Notes under the pieces: generated by a model | What the model saw: the letters and a program-made list of their open reading frames with translations, nothing else | What the model was told of the DNA's origin: nothing | The model's database searches: none | Position numbers and translations under genes: made by a program | Source of the DNA: the human T2T-CHM13v2.0 reference genome, Homo sapiens | Strand: one strand, 5' to 3' | NCBI RefSeq assembly: GCF_009914755.1 | Contig: NC_060930.1 | DNA length: 64,000 nucleotides | Part shown: positions 24,591 to 36,112 of the stretch, piece by piece | Layout: each line of letters begins with the position of its first letter | Position numbering within the stretch: the stretch's first letter is position 1

Positions 24591-25990
24591 CTTGTAATAT
24601 TTTTTTTATCTGGTTCTGGTAAGCAGAGTAGTGCTGGCCTCATTCCTTCTATTTTCTGGAAGAGCCTGTGGAGAATTGGTATTATTTCTTCTTTAAATGG
24701 TTGGTACAATTTGCCAGTGAGGCCATCTAGTCCTTGTAATTTCCTTCTTGCAAATTTATTAGTTATTGATTTGATTTCTCTAATTGATGTAGAGGTATTC
24801 AAGTTATCTATTTCTCTATTTCTCCTGTATGAGTATTGATAGTTTGAGACTCTCAGGAAGTCTTTTCATTTCATTTAAGCAATTAAATTTCTAGGCATTT
24901 TAATGCTCTCTATGTACTGATTTCATAACATCCTATCAATCTTTTGATAAGCATTCTCATTTTAATTTAGTTCATAATGTTTTTACATTTTTCTTGGGAT
25001 TCCTTCTTTGATTCATGACTTATTTCAAAGTATGTCTAATTTTCAAACAGTTCTGGCTCAGAATTTGGTCTTACTTGTTGATAGTACTATTCACATCATC
25101 TCTGTTCTTATTTTCGCCTTCTTGATTAACCAATTACTTGCAGAGGGGTGTTGAAGTCTTCACTATAATAGTGGATTTATCTATTTATCCTTTTATTCAG
25201 TTTTTGCCTCATGTATTTTGACACTCTCATTACGTGCATACACATTAAGGATTTTTATGTCTTTTTGGGTAATTTATCCCTATATTGTTATGTATCTCTT
25301 TATCCATAATATCCCAAATTCTAAAGGCTTTGTCTGAATATAGGTAATTCTACTTTCTCTTGATTCGTGTTGGCATAGTATCTTTTCCCCTTCCTCTACT
25401 TTTAACTATCTGAATCTTTTTATTTAATATGAGTTTCCTGTAAACACCATATAATTGGGTCATGTTACCATTGTTGTTTTTAATTCCCATTGTAATATGT
25501 CTTTGATGTATTTAAAGGTAAATGGTCTAAAGAACTTGTTGATATAATTGGATTAATATTTCCTGTGTTTGTAACTTTTTTCTATTCATTGCATTTTTCC
25601 CTTTGTTCAAATTTTTCATCTTAGACATTTAAATTTAGTCCTAGAATTCCATTTTATATGGTTGATCTATTCATTCAATTATGCTAATCATTTAAGCCTT
25701 TGAGCATACACTGTTTTAAACCACTGTTTTAAAGCCCTTCTGATAATTCCAGTATCCGTGTTTGTTCCTACTGACTTTTCCCTTATGGGTCACATTTTTC
25801 TGTTTCTTCGCATACATATTTTCTTATGTTCTGGACTCTCGATTTTGCTGTCTTATTTGAAAGGGCATTCTGGCAGGGAAATTATTACACATCTACCTGC
25901 ACATGATCCTGTAAGGCTTGGTTTTATGCATTGCTAGGTTGTGTCCATTTCTGTCTTTCCATAGTTCTTGGACACAGCACCAACACTCTA

Positions 25991-26417
25991 CAGTTGACCC
26001 TCTAACACCACATGTTTTAACTGGGCAGTTTTACTTATATGTAGATTTTCTTCCACCTCTGCCAGCCTTGGGGGAAGGTAAGACTGATGTCTTCTCTTCC
26101 TCTTCCTACTCAATATGAAGATGACAAGGATGAAAAACTTGATAAACCCACTTCTATTTAGTGGATAGAAAATGTATGTTCTCTCCCTTATGATTTCCTT
26201 AATAACATTTTTTTCTCTGGCTTACTTTACTGTAATATAGCATATAACACATAGAACATATAAAATATGTGTTAACTGTTTATTTCATCAATAAGGCTTC
26301 CAGTCAACAATAGACTATTAGTAGTTAAGTTTTATGGGAGTCAAAACTTATATACAAATTTTTTTACCATTTGACAGGTCAGCATCCTTAACCCCCACAA
26401 TTTTCAATGTTCAACTG
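25991..26417 (+). mobile_element. Tigger2a (MER28) nonautonomous element
   Basis: TA|cagttgaccc ... ttcaactg|TA terminal inverted repeats and TA TSD. Confidence 0.9.
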
Positions 26418-27908
26418 TATATACTGAAAAACAAAGGGAGTGATTCTCCACATCTTCACATTATACCTATATATAACAAAGGAATTTCCACAAAGAACTC
26501 AGAGAGAAAAGTTAAAAGAATATACTATGTATTACTTTTAATGCTTATATCACAGTAATATCAATAAAAATTCTAAATGCCATATATGTATTTCCTTATA
26601 TAGCCTTACTCTGGTTTCATTTCACAGATAAGACAACCAAGACGTTTAGAAGTTAAGCATCTTGACAAGTAAATTTAGCAGATTTCCAGAAGGAAAGTAA
26701 GAAAACAACCTACCAGAAATTGTATCATACCCATAATTTTCCATATAGATTACAACCAATTCATATTAAAACATGAAATCCTGTTTTAATCCAGGTAAGT
26801 CATAAGTGATCAAAATTCATGAATAATTAACTTAATTGTATATGTATCAATCAATTATATTTACTAATCTTCAGGGGTCAGTTCTGATCCTATAGTCTCT
26901 TAAGGGATGTTAAAAAACTTACCTTTAAAATGATGCAATTAAAATAAGTACCATTTTCCTTAAATATTAGTATCTTCCTAATACTATGAGGGTTTCCATG
27001 TCGTTTATGTGGTGTTTTGGCTTTCTTCCTATAGCTTATCAGTGGATAATGGCTTACAAAATTAATGGATGAGAAAAAAAAATCAACTATGTTTTATGAT
27101 TATTATACCAATGAGTAAATAGGCATGCATCATTTACCCAGGAACAGATGTATTACTCAAGCAAGGGCTTAGACTATCTCTCAATCAGGACTAATGGGAC
27201 TGTATTTTAATGACAAAATTCTTCAAAGTACCAGATCAGATTTAAATCAGTTCATTTTGCTAAAAGGAAAAAAGCAAGTATGCACCTTGCTGCTCTGGCC
27301 TCTGCCAGGCTACTGCTTCAGTCTTGAGGATTTATCTTAGAAAATGTGTGAAGTATTTGAAAAATCATGAGGGACATGGAAGAACACATCAATAAAACAA
27401 TACTACAGTAAGGCTATGAATGCCTTTGAGGTTTGCATATTTATTTAATATTTCATCTGTTACCAGCTAAAAGCAATGTTTTAAAATAAGAAAAAATAAT
27501 TTTAAACAAGCCTTTAAAAATACTGACAGAATACCACCCACATAAAAATAAAGCCAAAACTTTGAGATGTTATCAAACATGTATCTTCTTGGTATATCAT
27601 TAAAAATTACCTCAATAATTTAATAAATATCTCGCTTTCCAGATAACACATTTTAATGTTTTAAAGAAACCTGTCTTTTCAAAGGGAAGCTCATGAAACT
27701 CATGAGCCAGTGAGAGGAGTCACAATGTTATGAAAGGAATCAGAAACCTTGGATCTCTGATTTCAATGTCAGTTTTTACCTAATTCAATTCAGTTTTGTG
27801 GTGTCATAAAATCGTAATTTTTTTTTTTAGCAAAAAAATGCTGATCTAGAAAAAAGGTGTCATACAGATGGCAGTAAAGTCCAAGGACAGTAAAATAATA
27901 AACTGGTA

Positions 27909-28325
27909 GTATTTCAGTCCATTCATGCTGCTATAACAAAATACCAAACCAGTAATTTATAAACAGAATTTTATATAAATTCTGTTTATATATAATTATA
28001 TATATAATTATATACAATTCTGTTTATATATAAACAGAATTTATTCTCACCATTCTGGAAGTCAGGAAGTCCAAGGTTTACGCACCAGCAGATTCACTCG
28101 CTGGAGCAGGCTCACTTTGTGCTTCCAAGATGGAACTTTCACATGGTGGAAGGGGAAGGAAGGGGCAAACTCTGCCACTCCAGCCCTTTTATGACACTCA
28201 TTTATCAGAGCAGAACCCTCACAGCCTCATCATTTCCCAAGGGCCACACCTCTTAATACTATCACTTTGGGGGTTAAGCCTCAACACAGGAAGTTTAGAG
28301 AGAAACATACGCTCAAACCATAGCA
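27909..28325 (-). mobile_element. MLT1A-like LTR containing a palindromic insertion
   Basis: gtccattcatgctgctataacaaaatacc...ggaagtccaagg...ccacacctcttaatactatcac...caaaccatagca. Confidence 0.85.
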
Positions 28326-28329
28326 GACA

Positions 28330-29870
28330 GAAACACATAAGAACAATAATAGAGGAGTAAACTTCAGGCAAGAGATGTCAACACATCTTCAGAGATGGAA
28401 AGCACACAGATGACTGAGCAGAGCTAAGAAATGTGCACCCTAATTGGCTAAAGAGTGATTTCTGATTCAGATAGCACAACTCAAGAAGTAGTCAGGAATC
28501 AATGGCACCAGCCACCACTGTAAGCGGTCTAGAGAGGGAGGACTAATGAGAAGGTTAGTTAAGAGTCTGATTAAGGAGTTCTTACTCCCTGAGATCCTCT
28601 TCCCGTGAAACAGCATGGCTGACTATGCTTCTACTACCTTGGCAAATGTAATAGGCAGAATTCTAAGAATGACCTCCTTTGAGTGCGGCTGGAACCTGTG
28701 AGCATGATGAGATATCACTCCCCTAGTTGTTACATTATATGGCAAAAAGGAAATCCAGATGCATCACATGAAAATCACATCAGCCCTTTAAAAGCAGAAA
28801 GTTTCTCCAGCTGGTAGCAAAAGAAAAAAATGAAGTCAGAAAGATTCAAAGCCTAAGGAGGATTTGATGTGCCATTGCTGGCACTGAAGGTAGTAAGGAC
28901 CGGGAACCTCAGAACTGTAATTTCCAACAACGTCAGTAAACTTGGAGGCACTCTTCTCCAGAGTCTCCAAATAAGAGACTGGCCAAAACCATAATTTTAG
29001 CTTTGTGAGACCCCTAGCAGAGGACCCAGCTAAGCCTGCTTGAACTTCTGACCTGTAGACCTGTGAGCTAATTAGTGGATGTTGTTTTGAACCACTAAGT
29101 TTATGGTCATTTGTTACGCAGAAATAGAAAACTAATCAATCTGTCTACTATTATTATAGTGGATACTATACTACAGATAGTAGATACTAAAATCTACTAT
29201 TATTTATAAGTATATGCTATAACATGTTATGTGAAACAAAATATTGTATATTGCCCATAAATTATGCAAATACTCTATTTATAACATACCTATGTAATTA
29301 ACTTGAATATATATAAAGAGACAGGAAGTTTATTTTCTGATGTTTACCAAGGTAGATGTTAATAAGTCTCTGAAACACACTTAAAAACTACCAAGGAGGA
29401 GCATATATTTAAAGATAATCTCCAATATGGAAGACAGAAGACAAAATCAAACTAAACAAAGACGACTCAAGGAAATAAATGGAGCAACAATGGAAAGCAG
29501 AGGGGAACTCCAAAATACCTAAGATTAAAACAATTACACAGATAAGATAATTGAGAGTCACAATCAAAAACTCAGAGTTCTTGGAAATAAAATAGAAGAA
29601 AAGAAAGAGAACAGCTGCTGAAACAAAAGACTTCAATAGAAACTTTGGAAAATAGAATTGAACCATCTTGTAGATGAGAAAAAAACCAAAGAGCGTATTA
29701 GTACATCAACAGAGAAGATTGAATATCTGTCCATCAGAAATTCCAGAGAGGACAAAAATACAGATATTACAAACAACTTCCCAGAACTAAACACATAGAT
29801 TTCAGATTAAGATAGTCTATTAGGACCCCAGCACAACAAACTGAAAATAACTCATACCACAGTGCATCAT
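28330..29870 (+). mobile_element. HAL1/old L1 ORF1-like relic, interrupted by MLT1E
   Basis: A-rich; caaaaactcagagttcttggaaataaa, aacttcccagaactaaa...gatttcagatt...cccagcacaa resemble HAL1/L1 ORF1. Confidence 0.55.
28647..29138 (+). mobile_element. MLT1E-like LTR
   Basis: tgtaataggcagaattctaaga...gcagaggacccagctaagcc...ccactaagtttatggtcatttgttacgcagaaatagaaaactaat. Confidence 0.88.
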
Positions 29871-31093
29871 CTCCTACCTATAGCCACACCCTTGCGTGGT
29901 TTTTTTTTCCCCTCAAAAGTCCACCAACTTTGACTTTGCTTTCCTTTTTTGCAAGAATATTTTCAATGTTCCTGAAGTGCCTGTTCCTGACATTGTCACA
30001 GGTGTCATCCTTGATCAGAACAGAACTCCTCCTTTAAACAAAAGATCATTCTTTTTCTGATGGTCCCGGCTATTCCTCATACTTGTTCCAACTGCCTCAG
30101 TGGCCTTGATACATTCTCTATCTAGTATTGCTGGATGTTTGCAACTTAACATTCTTGGATCTCCAGTAATCTCTAAGAGATCTTTATTATGCAAATCAAC
30201 CCCTCTACACCTAATTTCTCAAGAGGTTCTCCATTTCTCAAGCTCATAAATAAATGAATTCATATGTCTATTTACCAAAGTAAATTACTATAGTTTCAAA
30301 GAATAAATTCCATGCCCCTCCCTTCATGGTAGAATGACATATTCCAACAGCATATTTTCCAAGTGAATGAATATTTTCCATGTACCCATGAGCTGCCAGA
30401 GGTTAGTGTGTAATATGTCAGGTGAAGACAGGGCAGTTCAAATTCCCGTTTTGAAGAAGACACTCTGCTATGCTAAAACAGAGTTGGAAACCCTGTAGGT
30501 TTGCTCTGACCTGGCTTTGCAAGAACAGTTTAACAGACCTCGCAGCCTGTTTCTACTCAGAAGACAAGGAATGATTCATGAGCCAAATTTTAGGTTCCGC
30601 ATGTTCCTTTTTGCCTGTCACATTCTGAAAAACAGTGTACTCGTGTGCAGAGAACAGGACACAATGCCTTTAAGCCCTAGTCGTCTTTCAACAACATAGT
30701 GGAAGACTAGAAGATGTGGCTTTTCAGAACACTTATGTACAAAACAATCTACTTGCAAATGACAGAATAAAGACAAAACTGAAAAAAGAAGAACCTTTTC
30801 AACCAAGAGATTCTAAGATAAAGGTTACTATTCTCCTAGAATTTTAATGAATCCATTTAGTCACTGACCCCTGGAGAATGTCAAGTTCCACATTTGCATT
30901 GAAATGGTAGTGAACGCTCATGCTTCTTAGCAGTTTATCACACCAAGACTGCTGTGTTACTCTCTTCCTCTTTCTGTGTATATGTACACACAATCTCTTT
31001 TTCTCCATTGTAACTGTCAAATCTCAATATTTTTTCTGAAGCCTGATAATAGGGTTGAAAAATGTGACCAAGTTAGACTTCAGAAGAGATTCT

Positions 31094-32722
31094 TTTAAGT
31101 TCCAGGTTGTGTGTGCAGGACACGCAGGTTTGTTACATAGGTAAATGTGTGTGCCATGGTGTTTTGCTGCACCTATCAACCTGTCACCTAGGTATTAAGC
31201 CCAGCATGATTTAGCTATTTTTCCTGATGCTCTCCTCTCTGCCCTTTTTCCTACAGGCCCCAGTGTCTGTTGCTCCCCTCCCTATGTCCATGTGTTCTCA
31301 TTGTTCAGCTCTCACTTATAAGTGAGAACACACTGTGTTTGGTTTTGTTTTTGCATGTGTTTCCTGAGGATAATAGCTTCCAAATTCATCCATGTCCCTA
31401 AAAAGGACATGATCTCATTCCTTTTTATGGCTGCATAGTGTTTCATAGCATATATGTACCACATTTTCTTTATCCAGTATATCACTGAGGAGCATTTGGG
31501 TTAATTCCATGTCTTTGCTATTGTGAATAGCTGCAATCAACATACACATCCATGTATCTTTATAATAGAATATATCATCTTTATAAAAGAATGATTTATA
31601 TTCCTTTGGCTATATAGCCAGTAATGGGAATGCTGGGTCAAATAATATTTCTGGTTCTAAGTCTTCTAGGAATCACCACGCTGTCTTCTACAATGGTTGA
31701 ACTAATTTGCATTCCCATCAACAATATAAAAGTGCTCCTATTTCTCCACAGCCTCACCAACATCTGTTGACTTTTTAAATAATCGCCATTCTGACTGATG
31801 GGAGATGATATCTCATTGTGGTTTTCATTTGCATTTCTTTGATGATCAGTGATGTTGAGCTTTTTTTCATGTTTGTTGGCTGAATGTATGTGTCTGTTCA
31901 TATCCTTTGTCAACTTTTTAATGGATTTTTTTCTTGTAAATTTACTTAAGTTCCTTGTAGATTCTGGAAATTAGACCTTTGTCAGATGGAGAGATTGCAA
32001 AAATCTTCTCCCATTCTGTAGGTTGTTCGCTTTGATGATAGTTTCTTTTGCTGTGCAGAAGTTCTTTAGTTTAATTAGATCCCATTTGTCAATTTTTCCT
32101 TTTGTTGCAATTGCTTTTGGTGATTTCATCATAAAATCTTTGCCAATACCTATGTCCTGAATTGTATTGCCTAGATTTTCTTCTAGGGTTTTTATAATGT
32201 ATAGTTTTATACAATTTATCATCTTGGGTTTTACATTTAAGTCTCTAATCCATCTTGAGTTAATTTTTACATAAGATGTTAGGAAGGGATCCAGTTTCTA
32301 TTTTCTGCATCTGGCTAGCAGTTCTCCCAGCACCATTTATTAAATAGGAAATGCTTTCCCTATTGCTTTTACTTGGTTTGTCAAAGATCAGATGGTTGTA
32401 GATGTGCAGTTTTATTTCTGAGTTCTCTATTCTGTTCCATTGGTCTATGTGCCTGTTTTCGTACTAGTACCATGCTATTTTGGTTAGTGTAGCCTTGTAG
32501 AGCTTGAAGTTGTGTAGCCTGATGCCTCCAGGTTTGTTCTTTTTGCTTAGGATAGTCTTGGCTCTCAGAGCTCTTTATTGGTTCCATATGAATTTTAAAA
32601 TATTTAAATTTTTTTTTCTACTTCTGTGAATAATGTCAATGGTAGTTTAGTGGGAATAGCATTGAATCTATAAATTGCTTTGGCACTATGACCATTTTCA
32701 CAATATGGATTCCTCCTACCCA
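31094..32722 (-). mobile_element. L1PA (L1PA8/10-like) 3' portion: ORF2 C-terminus and 3'UTR
   Basis: typical L1PA 3'UTR; minus [52 protein letters not shown]. Confidence 0.95.
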
Positions 32723-32915
32723 AATGTAAACACAAGTATCAATAGTCAAGTTGACCAAGTGGAAGAAAGAATATCAGAGCTTGAAGACTATCTTGCTGGA
32801 ATAAGGCAGGCAGACTAGATTAGAGAAAAAAAGAATGGAAAAGAACGAACAATGGGACTATGTAAAAAGACCTTTAGATTCAAGAACTATGAGACTATGT
32901 AAAAAGACCTTTAGA
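32723..32915 (+). mobile_element. Inverted L1 ORF1 fragment joined to the preceding L1
   Basis: acaagtatcaatag...gaagaaagaatatcagagcttgaagactatcttgctg...gattagagaaaaaaagaatg...atgggactatgtaaaaagacc (L1PA ORF1). Confidence 0.8.
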
Positions 32916-33005
32916 ACTAGAGATTCTGTGCTAAATGAACACAAATGTGAACCAGCCAAAGACTCATCATGAGATGTAAATTTGGATACAAAACTTAATA
33001 TTTTA

Positions 33006-33188
33006 TTAAAGTTTTAGGGTACATGTGCACAACGTGCAGGTTACATATGTATACATGTGCCATGTTGGTGTGCTGCACCCAGTAACTCATCATTTAACAT
33101 TAGGTATATCTCCAAATGCTATCCCTCCCCCCTCCTGATAACAGGCCCCAGTGTGTGATGTTCCCCTTCCTGTGTCCATGTGTTCTTG
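33006..33188 (-). mobile_element. Short 5'-truncated young L1PA (L1PA3-5-like)
   Basis: ttttagggtacatgtgcacaacgtgcagg...gctatccctcccccc; ~16-bp TSD aa(a/g)acttaa(t/c)atttta. Confidence 0.93.
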
Positions 33189-34012
33189 AAGACTTAACAT
33201 TTTAAAGAGTACTCTGTAAGAGCAAGTTAAGGAGTCCCTCAATCATAAAGGAGGACATTGAAATAAGTTAAACTACCTATTGCCTGTTTTCAAATAGCCC
33301 ATTGGAGTCTTACTGTATAATGACAACACAAGCAGAAATTGTCCCAGTGGCTGCCTCCTGGGTCGAGGTTAGCTAGCAGTGATGCCCACACCAATCTTCT
33401 CTGTTGAGATAACTCCTATCTCTTATCTCCCTCCAAGTTCTTTTAATATCTTGCTTTTACTTTCATTCATTAAAGCCCTCTTAGTGAAGATGTTATAAAG
33501 ATATTATGAAGAAACAGGATGTTTGACATGCAGGTTTCAAAGCCTGCTTCTATATGCCTGGGTATTTGCATTTTATCCAGACAAAAACCTGTAGCAGTAA
33601 TAGATACATGTATAAACAGGGTGCCATTTGTTTCCATTTTTCCTTTTTAGAGGCTTAAAAGTTTACATTACTCAGGTCATCTCCATTGTATCACAATAGC
33701 AGAATAAGTTATACTCAGAGTTTGCTCAGTCTAAGCACGCAACACTTCCTCGGCAGCTCGGGGACCCATAGGAACCCTTGACATAAAGCAAATAGTGAGA
33801 TGAACCTGAGTGAATCAGAGACCTTCAAGTGAAATATGAGGAAAGCTACAAAGCAGTCTGCCCAGGGCCATTAAGATGAAGACTATTAAGATAATACTAA
33901 TCCCTGACCTAGCCCCACCATCCACACACTCCCAAGTCAGAAGTTGTGGCTTGCAAGTGGCCATTTAAATTATTCAACGGGCGTAAAGTCTCCACTTGCT
34001 AACAAGATCATC

Positions 34013-34082
34013 ACTTTGATAGCTCACAAAATAGATCTAAAATCTATACTTTGATAGCTCACAGAGTAGATCTAAAATTCTA
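34013..34082. repeat. 35-bp tandem duplication
   Basis: actttgatagctcacaaaatagatctaaaatctat / actttgatagctcacagagtagatctaaaattcta. Confidence 0.92.
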
Positions 34083-34209
34083 AAAAGAAAGATAACAGCA
34101 GAAATAGGCAGCCCATAGAAAGGCAACATCCCCCATTTTATTTCTCATATGATAATCTCAGAGGACTAGGATAAGAAGACTTCTCAAATTTATGTCACTT
34201 ATCATATAT

Positions 34210-34325
34210 TCCAAAAAATTGAGGCATAGAGGGCAGAAGTGATTTGCCCAAGGATATAAGCAGAACCAACCCTAGAATCAAAGTCTCCTAATTTGTAGAC
34301 CAACTATTTCCACCATAGTGTGCTG
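34210..34325 (-). mobile_element. MIR fragment
   Basis: aaattgaggcatagagggcagaagtgatttgcccaagg...ctagaatcaaagtctcct. Confidence 0.65.
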
Positions 34326-35188
34326 ATTCTTCTGGTTTAGAAATAAAACCAGTCTTGACCCCATACCGGTTCACAGACAACCTGAGGGTTCCCTAGGGAC
34401 AAAGAAGGACTCTAATCCCCCAAAAATATAGATCTTCAGACTTCTTATATCTAGATTGTCCAGGACACTGAAATTCAACATAATTAAAGGAAATATGTAA
34501 ACTTCTGGTGGTGAGAAAGGTCAATCACACAAAGTATGCAAAGTTTGCCAAGACCAAATTTTTACCACATCCTGCTACTATCCATTTCCAGCTGTATATG
34601 GAATACAGAAAGTCTTCTGATCACTTTCTAGGTTATTATAGCCCCCTTTGCACCCTCTAACAAAAACTTTAAGACATTTAAAAATGCAGTAAACCAACCG
34701 TATTTACAGTTGCAATTCACCTGGGATTTCCAAAAGAATATGTGCTCCAGCATTCGCCTATTTTCTTAGGAAGTATACAGATCCATATATACCCAAGGCC
34801 TTTTTCTGTGCTCATAAAGCAAACTTTCCTAGTCTTACTCTTATTGTAATAATAGAGTTCATAATATTTGCCCACAGAGTACAATGTTTATACACATAAA
34901 TGCTCATCTCTGCCATATCTCTATGAGGGGGACCCAGGAGCCCAGGAACCAGTTATATCCCTCTCAATGTCAACTCCATGCTCCTTGGACATATTTCCAT
35001 AGTATGTCCCACTAAGTAACTCCTGCAGTTAGTTTAGGCATTTAGGAGCATTTTTTTTTCTATTATTATTGGTTCTTTCTTGCCTTATTTTGCAATTTGA
35101 TGACTCTTTTCTCTTCCATAACCAACCCCAAACAAAAGGGGTAATTATTGACATCCTGATGAATCTCTTTGTTCTAAAAATTGCTGAG

Positions 35189-36112
35189 TGTTACAGACGG
35201 AATGTTTGTGTATCCCCAGAATGCATATGCTGAAATCCTAATGAAATGGTTTCGTTGTCTGGGGTAAACACCTGAGGTAAGGCATCTCACACCAGGAAAA
35301 TTTAGAACATGGACACACACACAAGGATTTTAGGAATGGAGGTTTAATAGGCAAAAGAAAGAGGAGAAAAGCTCTTTCTCTAGTGACAAAGGGGGGCTTT
35401 GGAGAGAAATGACCGGTCCATGGTGAATTCGCCGGATATTATAGGCAGGCTTGAGGATGCTGTGTCTGATTTACATAGGGACCACAGATTGGTTTGATCA
35501 AGTGTGATGTTTACACAGCATGCTGGGAAGGCTGGCTACCCCCACCATAATCTTATTATGCAAATGGACTATCCACTTGATCAAGGCCATCTTGTCTGCT
35601 CCTTACTATACACGTGGCTGGCAAAAAAATGGAGCCACCATTTTTAACACGCCTAGTCCCAGGTAGTATTTTTCTGCCAATATTCACCCATGCAAGCTTC
35701 CAGCTTGTCTATGTGTGCAGTTCAATTTTATAGGCTACTCTGTTAGAAAAAAAAAAAAAAAAAACAGATTTGGAGGCTGCTTTTCCTTAAAAGGAAAACA
35801 TTAACAAGGACTTCTGTACCCTCACTATCTGCCTAAGTGTTTCTTTTTAACTGCTTCATCACTAATTCCCAGTGTTATGGTATTAGAAGGGAGGTGCTTA
35901 GCCCATGAGGGCAGAGCTTACATGAATGGGAGCTCCTTTGTCCTTTATACCAAACAGCTGTCTATGAACCAGGAAGCAGGCCCTCACAGGACACTGAATT
36001 GGCTGGTGCCTCGATCTTGGACATCCCAGCCTTCAGAACTGTAAAAAATTTGTTATTTATAAGCCACTCAGCATAGGGCATTCTGTTTTAGCAGCCTGAG
36101 TGGACAAAGACA
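35189..36112 (+). mobile_element. MLT1A-like LTR split by LTR9
   Basis: tgttacagacggaatgtttgtgtatcccc...gaaatcctaa | ctaattcccagtgttatggtattag...ccaggaagcaggccctcac...agcagcctgagtggacaaagaca. Confidence 0.85.
35242..35861 (-). mobile_element. Solo LTR9-family (ERV1) LTR
   Basis: TG...CA ends, perfect 4-bp TSD ctaa (35238-35241 / 35862-35865); ccctcactatctgcctaa and cgttgtctggggtaaa are LTR9 motifs. Confidence 0.88.

Larger units (their letters stand above)
19405..25900 (-). mobile_element. Old L1 (L1MD/L1MC-like), fragmented; hosts Tigger1, an Alu and LTR14B
   Basis: 3'UTR motifs (aatcagccatttcttcaaagaaccc, caagatctgggtgctaggtg); ORF2-like minus ORFs at 22952, 23584 (LLFNIILEVL.RAVRQ) and 24551 (G.DG.TG..YQ.FKEEIIPIL..LFQKIE); right end approximate. 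Confidence 0.85.

Noticed and set aside
26915-27085. Strong minus-strand donor (aag|gtaagt) with a possible exon; similar lone donors near 36310 and 63825
   Set aside because: No convincing acceptor or coding frame; isolated donors are common by chance
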